This document shows positions 9,793 through 19,011 of a stretch of 64,000 nucleotides of DNA, in pieces (the stretch's first letter is position 1; each line of letters opens with the position of its first letter). Made by a program: the position numbers and the translations under genes. The notes beneath the pieces were generated by a model. The model made no database searches. It saw nothing but the letters and a program-made list of their open reading frames with translations, and was not told where the DNA came from. This DNA comes from Bacteroidales bacterium (GTDB lineage: Bacteria > Bacteroidota > Bacteroidia > Bacteroidales > GCA-2711565), in NCBI GenBank assembly GCA_028280405.1, contig JANQLW010000025.1, forward strand, positions 5,905 to 69,904. The letters are read 5' to 3'.

Positions 9793-9894
9793 CATGTGAT
9801 ATGGTGTTCGATGGCAATATTCCTGAATGCTCTTCCATCAAACACTTTTGGATCAAAAAATACAACTACAATTAAATTTAAATCTTTTATAATT

Positions 9895-10419
9895 ATGACA
9901 ACTTTATCAGAAAAAAATGAAAAAATACTAAAGATAACGCATGTTTTTGCGATGAGCCTATGGACAGGTTCATTGTTTATCATGTTTGTAATTAACATCC
10001 TTATACCAAAATCACCATCCTCCGATGCTTTTTATTTTGTGCATGATATCAATTCAATAATCGATCTTCAAATTCTTACACCAGCTGCAATACTAACATT
10101 TTTAACAGGAGTTGTTTATGCTGTTTTTACAAAATGGAAAGTGAAAGAAAATCTTTGGTTAAAGATCAAACTGGCGATTACAATTTTGCTGATATTAATG
10201 GGAACATTTTGGCTTGCTCCATTATTGATGGAAATGACAGGAAATGCAAAAGAATATGGAATGGGATTACTTTCCGATGCAGGCTATTTGTTTGATTTGA
10301 GTATTATCACATGGTTTTCTTTAGTCAACTGGCTGCTAATAATCGTTGCAATCGTTATATCGACATTAAAACCAGGCAGCAAAGACAAATTATACCGAAT
10401 TAACAACAAAATACCGTAA
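9895..10419 (+). CDS. Hypothetical membrane protein
   Basis: The track ORF is 9796..10419. ATG 9895 (MTTLSEKNEKILKITHVFAMSLWTGS...) is the more plausible start. Four TM-like segments. AT-rich like the bulk genome. Confidence 0.55.
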   Translation: MTTLSEKNEKILKITHVFAMSLWTGSLFIMFVINILIPKSPSSDAFYFVHDINSIIDLQILTPAAILTFLTGVVYAVFTKWKVKENLWLKIKLAITILLILMGTFWLAPLLMEMTGNAKEYGMGLLSDAGYLFDLSIITWFSLVNWLLIIVAIVISTLKPGSKDKLYRINNKIP

Positions 10420-10622
10420 ACTTTCACTTTGTTCATTTTACTCCTTTGTTGTATACCTGCCTGCCCGACCGCAGCTACAGTATACCCATAAGTTTTGATG
10501 TAAAAAAATAAATAAGAAATACAAAAATGAAAATAACTAAAAAACAAGAATTAACGACTTAGAATCTATATGAATATCGAATAACGAAAACCGATTAACG
10601 ATTTTAGAAGTATTTAGAGCCC

Positions 10623-10669
10623 TAGGGAAGCAATTCTTTCTTCATAGAAATAATAGGATTGCTTCCCTA
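10623..10669. promoter_or_regulatory. Perfect 12-bp inverted repeat upstream of the SDR-MarR gene pair
   Basis: TAGGGAAGCAAT (10623-10634) and ATTGCTTCCCTA (10658-10669) separated by 23 nt. The right arm ends 46 nt before the ATG at 10715. Confidence 0.55.
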
Positions 10670-10714
10670 ATTCATAAATAATAGGGGCTATTTTTCGAAT
10701 TAAAAAAACAGATT

Positions 10715-11527
10715 ATGAAAACATTGAAAGAAAAATTTGGTTCATGGGCAATTGTAACAGGTGCATCGTCGGGAATTGGGGAAGAGTTTTCCAAACAACT
10801 TGCACAAAATGGTTTTAATTTAGTATTACTGGCACGTAGAGAAGAACTTCTGCGCAAACTTGCCCAGTCACTTAAAGATAAATATAATGTTGAAATCAAA
10901 TACGCATGTGTTGACCTTACAAGTAAGAACTTTCTTATACAAATAGAAGAAATGACCAAGGACATTGATGTAAGATTTTTAATTTCAAATGCCGGTGCAC
11001 TTAGAATGGGTGCTTTCCATAGAATACCCATGGCGGATTTTGAGAGAACGATAAATTTAAATGTTATGGCGCAGATGAAAATTTCTCATTGGTTTACTTC
11101 TTATCTTGTAAAAGGGGATAAAAAAGGGGGGCTTTTGTTACTTTCTTCTACCGAAGCTTATCAGGGAATTCCCTACTCTGCAGATTATGCGGCGACCAAG
11201 GCTTACATCCTGAATTTAGGTGAAGCATTAAATTTTGAATTTCGGGATAAAGGGATTCATGTGTGTGTACTGGCACCAGGCCCTGTGGATACTCCTTCCC
11301 TGACGGAAAATCCGGATGCGGATGTCGTAAAATACCTTCCAATGAAACCACAGGCAGTAGATTTGGTGGTGAAGGAAGGGCTTCTGGCTATTTTGAAAAA
11401 TAAGCCTTCTCATATTACCGGGAGGATGAATAGAATCTCAACATTCATCATGAAAACTTTTATGTCGAGAAAGAAGGCAACAGCGCTTTGGGGTAAATCG
11501 ATGTATAAAATGGTATACCTGAAATAA
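10715..11527 (+). CDS. Short-chain dehydrogenase/reductase (SDR) family oxidoreductase
   Basis: 270 aa. TGASSGIGEEF cofactor motif and catalytic YAATKAY (YxxxK). Confidence 0.9.
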   Translation: MKTLKEKFGSWAIVTGASSGIGEEFSKQLAQNGFNLVLLARREELLRKLAQSLKDKYNVEIKYACVDLTSKNFLIQIEEMTKDIDVRFLISNAGALRMGAFHRIPMADFERTINLNVMAQMKISHWFTSYLVKGDKKGGLLLLSSTEAYQGIPYSADYAATKAYILNLGEALNFEFRDKGIHVCVLAPGPVDTPSLTENPDADVVKYLPMKPQAVDLVVKEGLLAILKNKPSHITGRMNRISTFIMKTFMSRKKATALWGKSMYKMVYLK

Positions 11528-11683
11528 TACCGATGATAAAACTCATTTCAATATGTAAATGGTATTACCCCTTGCCATCTTTTTCTTCTGCTTGCAGATT
11601 TATCGGCAGTATATTGCTTATAACTCAATGCTTTTGTAATTTTAGCCTTTGTTCCACTATTTATAAATTATAATAAGTTTGTA

Positions 11684-12145
11684 ATGAAAGATTTTGATTT
11701 CGATTTAGATAAATCAATTAATAACACAATTGCTTATGCCTCTACCCTATTAAGACGTCAAATATTTTTATTGTTCAAAAAAAATAAGGTGGATATTACT
11801 CCTGATCAGTGGATGGTTTTGTATTATCTATGGCGTCAAGACGGATTGAATCTTGGGGAACTTGCCCAAAAGACAAATAAAGATAATGCGAATATCACAC
11901 GAATAGTGAACCGTATGGAAAAACAAGGGTTATTGCGAAAAGTGGGTGATGGTACAGACAAAAGGTTTTTCTATATTCATTTAACTGACAAGGCAAATAC
12001 TATTAAGGGCAAGGTTTATGAGAGCATCCTCAAATCAACTGATATTTGCGCTAAAGGCTTAAGTAAAGAAGAGCAAGAATTTCTTTTAGTATTATTGAAA
12101 AAGATTATTTCCAATATGAAAAGTTATGCTAAAGCGCATGAGTAG
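11684..12145 (+). CDS. MarR-family transcriptional regulator
   Basis: 153 aa. Winged-HTH core ITPDQWMVLYYLWRQDGLNLGELAQKTNKDNANITRIVNRMEKQGLLRK. Confidence 0.9.
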   Translation: MKDFDFDLDKSINNTIAYASTLLRRQIFLLFKKNKVDITPDQWMVLYYLWRQDGLNLGELAQKTNKDNANITRIVNRMEKQGLLRKVGDGTDKRFFYIHLTDKANTIKGKVYESILKSTDICAKGLSKEEQEFLLVLLKKIISNMKSYAKAHE

Positions 12146-12159
12146 TTAATCCTAAAAAA

Positions 12160-12300
12160 CTTGAATTGTTATTTGATAGAAGATTTACTATTGAAGAAAT
12201 AGCTGAAAAGTCAGGCTAAGTACGCATTCATTCTACTACTTTTTTTTAAACGAAAATTTGGGATAAATCCGACTGTGTTTAGGAAAAATGTTGTTGAGGG
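12160..12300 (+). pseudogene. Remnant of an AraC-family regulator C-terminus (stop plus frameshift)
   Basis: One frame reads LELLFDRRFTIEEIAEKSG*. A second frame continues ...FFKRKFGINPTVFRKN. Together these match the second HTH of AraC/XylS proteins. No N-terminal part is present. Confidence 0.55.
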
Positions 12301-12362
12301 ATTTCTGTCTGCCGACAGGCAAGAAAAGACAACCTACCAAAACTGCAAGTTGTCTTATCATG

Positions 12363-12437
12363 TCGGGGTAGTAGGATTCGAACCTACGACCTCCTGCTCC
12401 CAAAGCAGGCGCGCTAACCGGACTACGCTATACCCCG
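12363..12437 (-). tRNA. tRNA-Pro (anticodon TGG)
   Basis: Minus-strand sequence CGGGGTATAGCGTAGTCCGGTTAGCGCGCCTGCTTTGGGAGCAGGAGGTCGTAGGTTCGAATCCTACTACCCCGA. It folds as a cloverleaf with anticodon loop TTTGGGA and T-loop GGTTCGAATCC. No encoded CCA. Confidence 0.9.
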
Positions 12438-12485
12438 AAGATTTATATCTTTTCCGTTTTTTCAGAACGTTCTCATTCTTAAAGT

Positions 12486-12575
<90 letters not shown>

Positions 12576-12696
12576 TAAATGAGGACTGCAAAAGTATGAA
12601 AACAATTTATTCCTGCAAACATTTTTGACAAAAAAAATGAAGAAACTTTCAATTTTCTTGAGCTAATTTTGTTAAGCCTTTTATTTGCAATAAGCC

Positions 12697-13224
12697 ATGA
12701 AAAAATCAAAAAATATAGAAATTAAAGCATATTCAAATAATCTGGATAATATCCGGGAGATCCTGGATGAAAAGAAAGCATACTTTAAGGGGGTGGATCA
12801 TCAGATCGATACTTATTTTAATGCACCTAATGGCAGATTGAAATTAAGAGAAGGAAATATAGAGAACAATTTAATCCATTATAACAGGCTTGATCAGAGT
12901 GCCCCAAAGCAAAGTGATTTTACCTTATTTAAAACAGAAGATAAAGAAAGCCTGAAAGATATTCTGGCTAAATCTATGGGAATTAAGGTAATTATTGATA
13001 AAAAGAGAGAGATTTATTTTATTGATAATGTTAAGTTTCATTTGGATGTTGTAGAGGATTTGGGAACTTTCGTGGAAATTGAAGCTACCGATATGGAAGG
13101 AAAAAAAGCTGCTGAAGAATTATTAATTCAGTGCCAGTATTATTTAAATCTATTCGGAATAGGAGAGCAGGACCTTATTACAAATTCATATAGTGATCTT
13201 TTACTTGCTAAAAGAAATAAGTAG
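12697..13224 (+). CDS. CYTH-domain protein (class IV adenylate cyclase / triphosphate tunnel metalloenzyme family)
   Basis: 175 aa. N-terminal EIK motif (NIEIKAY), LKLRE, and late FVEIEA acidic strand pattern typical of CYTH. Confidence 0.7.
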   Translation: MKKSKNIEIKAYSNNLDNIREILDEKKAYFKGVDHQIDTYFNAPNGRLKLREGNIENNLIHYNRLDQSAPKQSDFTLFKTEDKESLKDILAKSMGIKVIIDKKREIYFIDNVKFHLDVVEDLGTFVEIEATDMEGKKAAEELLIQCQYYLNLFGIGEQDLITNSYSDLLLAKRNK

Positions 13225-13331
13225 AATCGTTAAAATTGTTAAAAATCCCTCATATATAAATAATTAATTTTATTTTTGCCGCGCCTGTGAAATTTTTGAC
13301 AGGCCTTTTTATTTGAAAAGGAATATTTTTT

Positions 13332-14681
13332 ATGTGGGAAATTATTAAGAGGTATAGATATATTTTAATTATTGTTGTAGTTGGAATTGCCTATTTAATC
13401 ATGGCTGAGGCTTTTCCCAAAAGCTTAAGCAGATTCCCTTTTTATGTAGCAATTTTCTTTCTTGATCTCTACTTGTGGAGAGCTTTTTCCAAGGAAATAC
13501 TCAAAAAGCAGGCCCTTGTTAAATATGCTGTCATCTTATTTTATTGGCTTCCTTTTATTACTGCTGCCGTATTGAGTATTTTAAATTATTTCAACCCTGT
13601 CGATTTAAAAAATAATCCACTTTATACCTATTGTTTTGGAATTATTTTCATTGTTTACTCAGCTAAAATATTTAGTGCTATTATCATTTTGATTAGTGAT
13701 ATTGTAAGATTTATAAAATATACATGGAGGTTTGCTGACTCTAAAAGAAAAAAGAAAATTCCAAAATCAAATCATATTGACCAGAATGTTATAAGCCGTA
13801 GTAAGTTTTTGAAAAACTTAAGCCTAATTACCGGAAGTGTTGTATTGAGCTCCATGTTAATCGGAAGGTTTAAATGGGTTTCTGATTTTAGAGTGAGAAT
13901 TGCGGATATTAAACTTTCAAAACTTCCACAGGCATTGGATGGTTTTAAGATTGTACAGTTATCTGATTTGCATTTGGGAAGCTGGACCACGCCAACTCCT
14001 TTATATGAATTGGTTGACAGGGTAAATGAACTTAATGCTGATATTGTTGTTTTTACAGGTGATTTAGTGAATTTCTCTACTTCAGAAGCTTTAAAATATG
14101 AAGATGTATTAAAGCAAATAAAAGCCAGATATGGAGTCTATACTATTTTAGGAAATCATGATTACGGTGATTATGTAAACTGGCCATCCAAAGAAGATAA
14201 AGAACAGAATATGATTGGCCTTTATAAATTTTATGAAAGAATAGGGTGGAAGCTTCTTAGAAATGATCATGTTGTTCTTAAACATAAAAGAGAAAAACTG
14301 GCTCTTCTTGGAGTGGAAAACTGGGGTGAAAATAAACGATTTCCAAAACTGGGTAGTATTGAGGAAGCTCAAAAGGGAATTGATCCTTCATTGGTACAGG
14401 TACTATTATCTCATGATCCAAGCCACTTTGATAAAATTGTGCTTAATAAATATTCTAATATTAATTTAACTCTTTCCGGACACACACATGGATTCCAGTT
14501 CGGTATTGAAATCCCAGGCTTCAGATGGAGCCCTGCACAATACCTGTATAAGTACTGGGCAGGCCTATATAAGGTAAATAAACAATATATTTATGTGAAT
14601 AGGGGAGCCGGCTTCTTAGGTTATCCCGGACGAATTGGAATCCTTCCTGAAATTGCTGAGATCAGATTATTGAAAGGATAG
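13332..14681 (+). CDS. Membrane-anchored metallophosphoesterase (YkuE-like)
   Basis: 449 aa. About 5 N-terminal TM helices, then calcineurin-like motifs VQLSDLHLG, FTGDLVN, LGNHDYG, SGHTHGFQ. Confidence 0.85.
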   Translation: MWEIIKRYRYILIIVVVGIAYLIMAEAFPKSLSRFPFYVAIFFLDLYLWRAFSKEILKKQALVKYAVILFYWLPFITAAVLSILNYFNPVDLKNNPLYTYCFGIIFIVYSAKIFSAIIILISDIVRFIKYTWRFADSKRKKKIPKSNHIDQNVISRSKFLKNLSLITGSVVLSSMLIGRFKWVSDFRVRIADIKLSKLPQALDGFKIVQLSDLHLGSWTTPTPLYELVDRVNELNADIVVFTGDLVNFSTSEALKYEDVLKQIKARYGVYTILGNHDYGDYVNWPSKEDKEQNMIGLYKFYERIGWKLLRNDHVVLKHKREKLALLGVENWGENKRFPKLGSIEEAQKGIDPSLVQVLLSHDPSHFDKIVLNKYSNINLTLSGHTHGFQFGIEIPGFRWSPAQYLYKYWAGLYKVNKQYIYVNRGAGFLGYPGRIGILPEIAEIRLLKG

Positions 14682-14692
14682 TGGGTTTAGTA

Positions 14693-14776
14693 TCAGGCGT
14701 CAAGCATCAAGCATCAAGTACTCTTAAGCAACCAGCAACCAGCAACTAGCAACCAGTAACTTGTAACCCGCAACAT
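14693..14776. repeat. Heptanucleotide tandem array (TCAAGCA x3, then GCAACCA/GCAACTA/GTAACTT units, 12 heptads)
   Basis: Read directly. It is the reverse-complement family of the array at 154-237 (AGCAACC = reverse complement of GGTTGCT). Begins 12 nt after the stop at 14681. Confidence 0.9.
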
Positions 14777-15054
14777 ACATAAGGCAGAATATCCTCCCAT
14801 TTGTGCCCATATACATAATTCATAATCAATAATTGTTTGCTTTGTTAAAATTTTGTTAATTCGGTAACTAAATGCCGAAAATGGAAACAACTTCTATTAT
14901 ATTTGTATAGCATGTAACTTTAGAAGTAATATTCTAACAGTTTTAAGAGATTTAGCTCTGTGAGAATTATTACGATAGATGTTGATGTTGATTATACTAC
15001 CAAAACTAAAGCTAAGCTAAATTTACTGAGTAATTTTCTAACAGAAGTAAATTG

Positions 15055-15085
15055 AAAAGTCCCGATAAAATCGGGACTTTTTTAT
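15055..15085. terminator. Bidirectional rho-independent-type hairpin
   Basis: AAAAGTCCCGA-taaaa-TCGGGACTTTTTT. A-run and T-run flank a 7-bp GC-rich stem. It abuts the stop of the minus-strand gene 15085..16542. Confidence 0.75.
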
Positions 15086-16542
15086 TATAATTTGAACCAA
15101 TCTTTAATAAGTCCTGTTTTATCTTCAGGTTCATGTTTATGCCTGAATTCATTTGTCTGATTATTATAGATATAATCTTTAGCCCATTCTTTATGATGAT
15201 TATTCACCTGCTTAATGGCCTCAATGGTAAAATGTAGTTCTTTATTTGTCATGATGGGGTGCAGCGATAAACGAATCCATCCGGGTTTCTCTGTTAAATC
15301 ACCTGAATTGATCTTCTTCGTGATCTCATGAGAGTCATCATAACTTACATCTAATAGATAATGGCCATAAGTCCCTGCACAGGCACATCCCCCTCTAACC
15401 TGAATTCCAAATCTGTCATTCAATAATTTCACAACCAAATTAAAGTGTATGCCCTCAAGATAGAATGAGAAAATTCCTAATCTGTTTTCAACATTATCAG
15501 CAAGAATGTGCAAACCTTCTATCTTTCTCAGTTCTTTAAATGCAATTTTAGTTAGTTGAGTTTCTCTTTTATGAATGTTTCTGGTACCCATTTGATTTTT
15601 AACTTCGATGGAAAGAGCTGCACGAATTGTTTGAAGGAATGGGGGGGTACCGCCATCCTCACGGGTTTCAATATCATCAATGTATTTGTATTCTCCCCAT
15701 GGGTTGGTCCAGTCTACAGTTCCTCCTCCGGGATTATCTGGAGTTGTTGTGGTATATAGAGAAGAATCAAATACCAAAATTCCGGGAGTTCCAGGCCCAC
15801 CTAAAAATTTATGTGGTGAGAAGAAGATGGCGTCTAATTTCTCCATCGGATCTTCCGGGTGCATATTGATATCAACATAAGGAGCAGAAGCAGCATAGTC
15901 AATAAAACAAACGCCGCCGTATTCATGCATAATTTTCGCCATTTCATGAACAGGTAAAATAATACCTGTAACATTGGAGCAAGCAGAAAAAGATCCGATC
16001 TTAAACTGTCTGTCTTTATAAATTTGAAGTAATCCTCTTAATTTATTCAAATCAACCAAAAGATCATCACCCGGAGGTATAATTACAACATCCACATTTG
16101 TTTCATACCAGGAAGTTTGATTTGAGTGATGCTCCATATGTGTGATAAATACGACCGGCCTTTCATTATCAGAAGGACATTTACAACTGGGAGCCTGTTG
16201 TCCTTTTAAGCCCATAAATCGTTGTAATTTAGAAATAACGGAAGTCATGCCGGATCCTGCAGAAATAATCACATCATTCTCTCCGGCATTCACATGTTGC
16301 TTAATGAGTTTTTGTGCCCAATGGTAAGATTTGGTCATGAGTGTTCCTGTTTCGGCTGTTTCAGTATGTGTGTTGGCAACCCAGGGGCCAAAAACTTTGT
16401 TCATTTGTTTTTCGATAGGAGCATACAACCTACCACTGGCAATCCAATCTGCATATAATAATTTCTTCTTGCCATAAGGGGTTTTGATTTTTAGATTGTT
16501 TCCTATAACGTTTTTTTTGAACTTCTTAAAGTGTTTTTCCAT
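15085..16542 (-). CDS. Class V aminotransferase-fold PLP-dependent enzyme (cysteine desulfurase/selenocysteine lyase-like)
   Basis: 485 aa. PLP-lysine context FFSPHKFLGGPGTPGILV. Class V fold pattern (ITHMEHHSN...). Confidence 0.8.
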   Translation of the reverse strand: MEKHFKKFKKNVIGNNLKIKTPYGKKKLLYADWIASGRLYAPIEKQMNKVFGPWVANTHTETAETGTLMTKSYHWAQKLIKQHVNAGENDVIISAGSGMTSVISKLQRFMGLKGQQAPSCKCPSDNERPVVFITHMEHHSNQTSWYETNVDVVIIPPGDDLLVDLNKLRGLLQIYKDRQFKIGSFSACSNVTGIILPVHEMAKIMHEYGGVCFIDYAASAPYVDINMHPEDPMEKLDAIFFSPHKFLGGPGTPGILVFDSSLYTTTTPDNPGGGTVDWTNPWGEYKYIDDIETREDGGTPPFLQTIRAALSIEVKNQMGTRNIHKRETQLTKIAFKELRKIEGLHILADNVENRLGIFSFYLEGIHFNLVVKLLNDRFGIQVRGGCACAGTYGHYLLDVSYDDSHEITKKINSGDLTEKPGWIRLSLHPIMTNKELHFTIEAIKQVNNHHKEWAKDYIYNNQTNEFRHKHEPEDKTGLIKDWFKL

Positions 16543-16646
16543 CTAGTAATTCAATAAATAATCTTTAATATTTTACACCCAAATTATCCGGCTGCAAAGA
16601 TACAACAAAAATAAATATGAATATCTAAATAATTAGATGCTTATAC

Positions 16647-18968
16647 TTAGTTTTTAAGATTAATTCCCCTGGAAATTTTGATCAACTCTATACGGATGTT
16701 TCCGCCTTCTGCCTGCAGGCTGAGCCAGTTATTATCTTCACTGAACCATTTATATTGAGTCCCAACTCTTACCAGATGAATACCACTATGATTTGCTTCG
16801 TTTAAACGAATAATTACCCCTCCGTTTTTGCTTGAATCTTTACCATAATTTAACAGTAGCCTTAGATTATTTTTTTCTTCAGATTTTCCAATAAGCAAAT
16901 AGAAATAATTAGATTTTCGTTCTTTAATATTAATAGGAGAAAACTCAAACTTTTTAATTTCATTTTCTTTTATGATGCAAGCTTTATTACTAATAATGGC
17001 CGTAGTGGATGCTTCAAACAGGTCAGTGATTTTTTTTGCCTGGCTTAAAGCATAAGATTCTTCAGGCAGAATCAATATTGCTTCCTGATAAGCTTTTAAA
17101 GCCTTATCGTAAGATTTGGCTTTGAAGTAACGATCCGCTTCTTGTATTTTTTTATCATAAGCTGCTTTCGCTTTTAAATAGTTTTCTTCAATGGTTTTTT
17201 CTGTTTGGGCAATCCTTTCGCTTAGCCCGTCAGCTTCCGGTTTTAGCTTTTGAGCTTCTTTTAAGGCAATTAAGGCTCCTTTAAAATCTTTGGAGTTTAC
17301 CAGACTATCGGCATTATTGATTTTATTTTCAAACGCCAATTGTTTTTGTCTGGCTATCTCATCCAATATGTTTTTGATTTCAATGAGTTTATCTTTGGGA
17401 TATTTTTCATTTTCCTTGAATTGCAGGGCTAATTTAAACTGCTCTTTAGCTTTATAATATTCTTTTTTATTAAAATAAGAATCCGCCAGCTGTATAGCGT
17501 TGTTATAATTATCTTCTTTGGATTGTATTGCGGCCAGCTCTTCCAGTTTTAAATCAATGTCCTTAATTTGTTCTTTAGGATATGCTTCATCATAAATTGC
17601 CAGTGCTTCTTCATATGAAATTTTTGCTTTTACATATATACTTTTATTGTAAAGGCTGTCTGCTTTACGAATAAGTATATTATATTTTGCCCTTCTTTCT
17701 TCTTCTTTAGCCAGTTCAATTTTAATCTCATTGATTTCATCTATTTTCGTACTGGCGTAATTATCATTACCCTGAAGCAATTCTGCTTGTTGGTATAAGT
17801 CAATTGCTTTATCATATTCTTTTGTGCTGAAATGTAAATCTGCATCGGAGATCAGGCTCTCATACTTCTTTTGCTTAGCGAGATCAGCTTCTTCCTCTTT
17901 TATAAAAACATTGATTTCTTTCAGTTTTGTTTGAGGATATTTTTCGTCAGGCTTGATCCGGCCGGCAAATTCAAACTGGCTTTTGGCTTTGAACCATTCT
18001 TTATTTTTGATGTGGAGGTTGCCTAACTTTACAGCATTGTCATAGTCCTGTAAGTCGTTAGTTGCCTTGGTTTGAATTGCAACTAATACTTTGTGGAGCA
18101 TTTCTTTTGGGTATTCATCCTGAGGCTTTAAATTAATGGCTTGCTGATAAGCAACCTTTGCATTCTGATAATCTTTTACGCTATAATATTCATCTGCTTT
18201 TAAAATGATATCATTATATTTTTTTAGTTCGGCAATTAAAGGTAAGATCTCATTAATTTTCTTTTTAGGGTATGTTTTATCAGGAAATAACCTGCTGGCA
18301 TATTCGTAGCTTTTTAGTGACTGTTCCCAGCTTCCCTCATTAAATAATAAATTCGCCTTTTTTATGGCAGCATCATATATATCTATTTTTTCCTGCATCC
18401 CTTTAAAAACCAATTCTATTTCTTTAAGGCGTTGCTTGGAATATAAAGAGTTACTGTTAAGGCCGAGTGCATATTGATATTCCAGTTTTGCTTTGGAATA
18501 TTTCTTTTCTTTAAAATACTGATCTGCCAGTTGAATTGATTGTTTATAGTCATCCTCCAGATCTTTTTTATCAAGGATAAGGTCTTCAATATATTTTATT
18601 TGCTTTTTGGGATACTCCTCATATTTGAATAAGATGGAAGCCTGTTTGTAATTCTGAAGTGCTCTGTTGTATTCTTTCTGTTTTAGCTGCTTTTCTGCGA
18701 GTTGAATATATTGAGAATATTTTAACCGGACAGGGGATTGGTCCTTTAATTTTACGATGCACTCTTCGATTTTCTTTTTTGCATATGCATCATCGGGCTT
18801 AAACCTTAAAGCATATTGAAAACTGGCTTTTGCATTGAGGTAATCACCTTTATTGAAGTAAGCTTCCGCAGATTGAATGCTTGAAGTATATTCGTCCGAT
18901 TGGGCTACCAGAACCTGAAAATTGGAAAAAGTTATTAGAATAATAAAAGAAAATATATACTTATTCAT
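16647..18968 (-). CDS. Secreted TPR-like repeat protein (about 10 copies of a ~68-aa module) with a distinct C-terminal domain
   Basis: 773 aa. Signal peptide. Recurrent module Y..A...F..K.Y..AK..Y..AL..KP.E.YPK..I.EI. Confidence 0.85.
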   Translation of the reverse strand: MNKYIFSFIILITFSNFQVLVAQSDEYTSSIQSAEAYFNKGDYLNAKASFQYALRFKPDDAYAKKKIEECIVKLKDQSPVRLKYSQYIQLAEKQLKQKEYNRALQNYKQASILFKYEEYPKKQIKYIEDLILDKKDLEDDYKQSIQLADQYFKEKKYSKAKLEYQYALGLNSNSLYSKQRLKEIELVFKGMQEKIDIYDAAIKKANLLFNEGSWEQSLKSYEYASRLFPDKTYPKKKINEILPLIAELKKYNDIILKADEYYSVKDYQNAKVAYQQAINLKPQDEYPKEMLHKVLVAIQTKATNDLQDYDNAVKLGNLHIKNKEWFKAKSQFEFAGRIKPDEKYPQTKLKEINVFIKEEEADLAKQKKYESLISDADLHFSTKEYDKAIDLYQQAELLQGNDNYASTKIDEINEIKIELAKEEERRAKYNILIRKADSLYNKSIYVKAKISYEEALAIYDEAYPKEQIKDIDLKLEELAAIQSKEDNYNNAIQLADSYFNKKEYYKAKEQFKLALQFKENEKYPKDKLIEIKNILDEIARQKQLAFENKINNADSLVNSKDFKGALIALKEAQKLKPEADGLSERIAQTEKTIEENYLKAKAAYDKKIQEADRYFKAKSYDKALKAYQEAILILPEESYALSQAKKITDLFEASTTAIISNKACIIKENEIKKFEFSPINIKERKSNYFYLLIGKSEEKNNLRLLLNYGKDSSKNGGVIIRLNEANHSGIHLVRVGTQYKWFSEDNNWLSLQAEGGNIRIELIKISRGINLKN

Positions 18969-19011
18969 GCTTAATGAGTCGATCGGATTTAAAAACGTTT
19001 AGCTGATTTCT

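Noticed and set aside
15085-16542. Class V PLP enzyme as the missing DndA/IscS-type cysteine desulfurase for the Dnd-like cassette.
   Set aside because: It lies 14 kb away on the far side of housekeeping genes (TPR protein, lolD-like, sucC) and has its own terminator. No DndC-like gene is present either. A trans-acting role cannot be excluded, but nothing in the sequence supports linkage.
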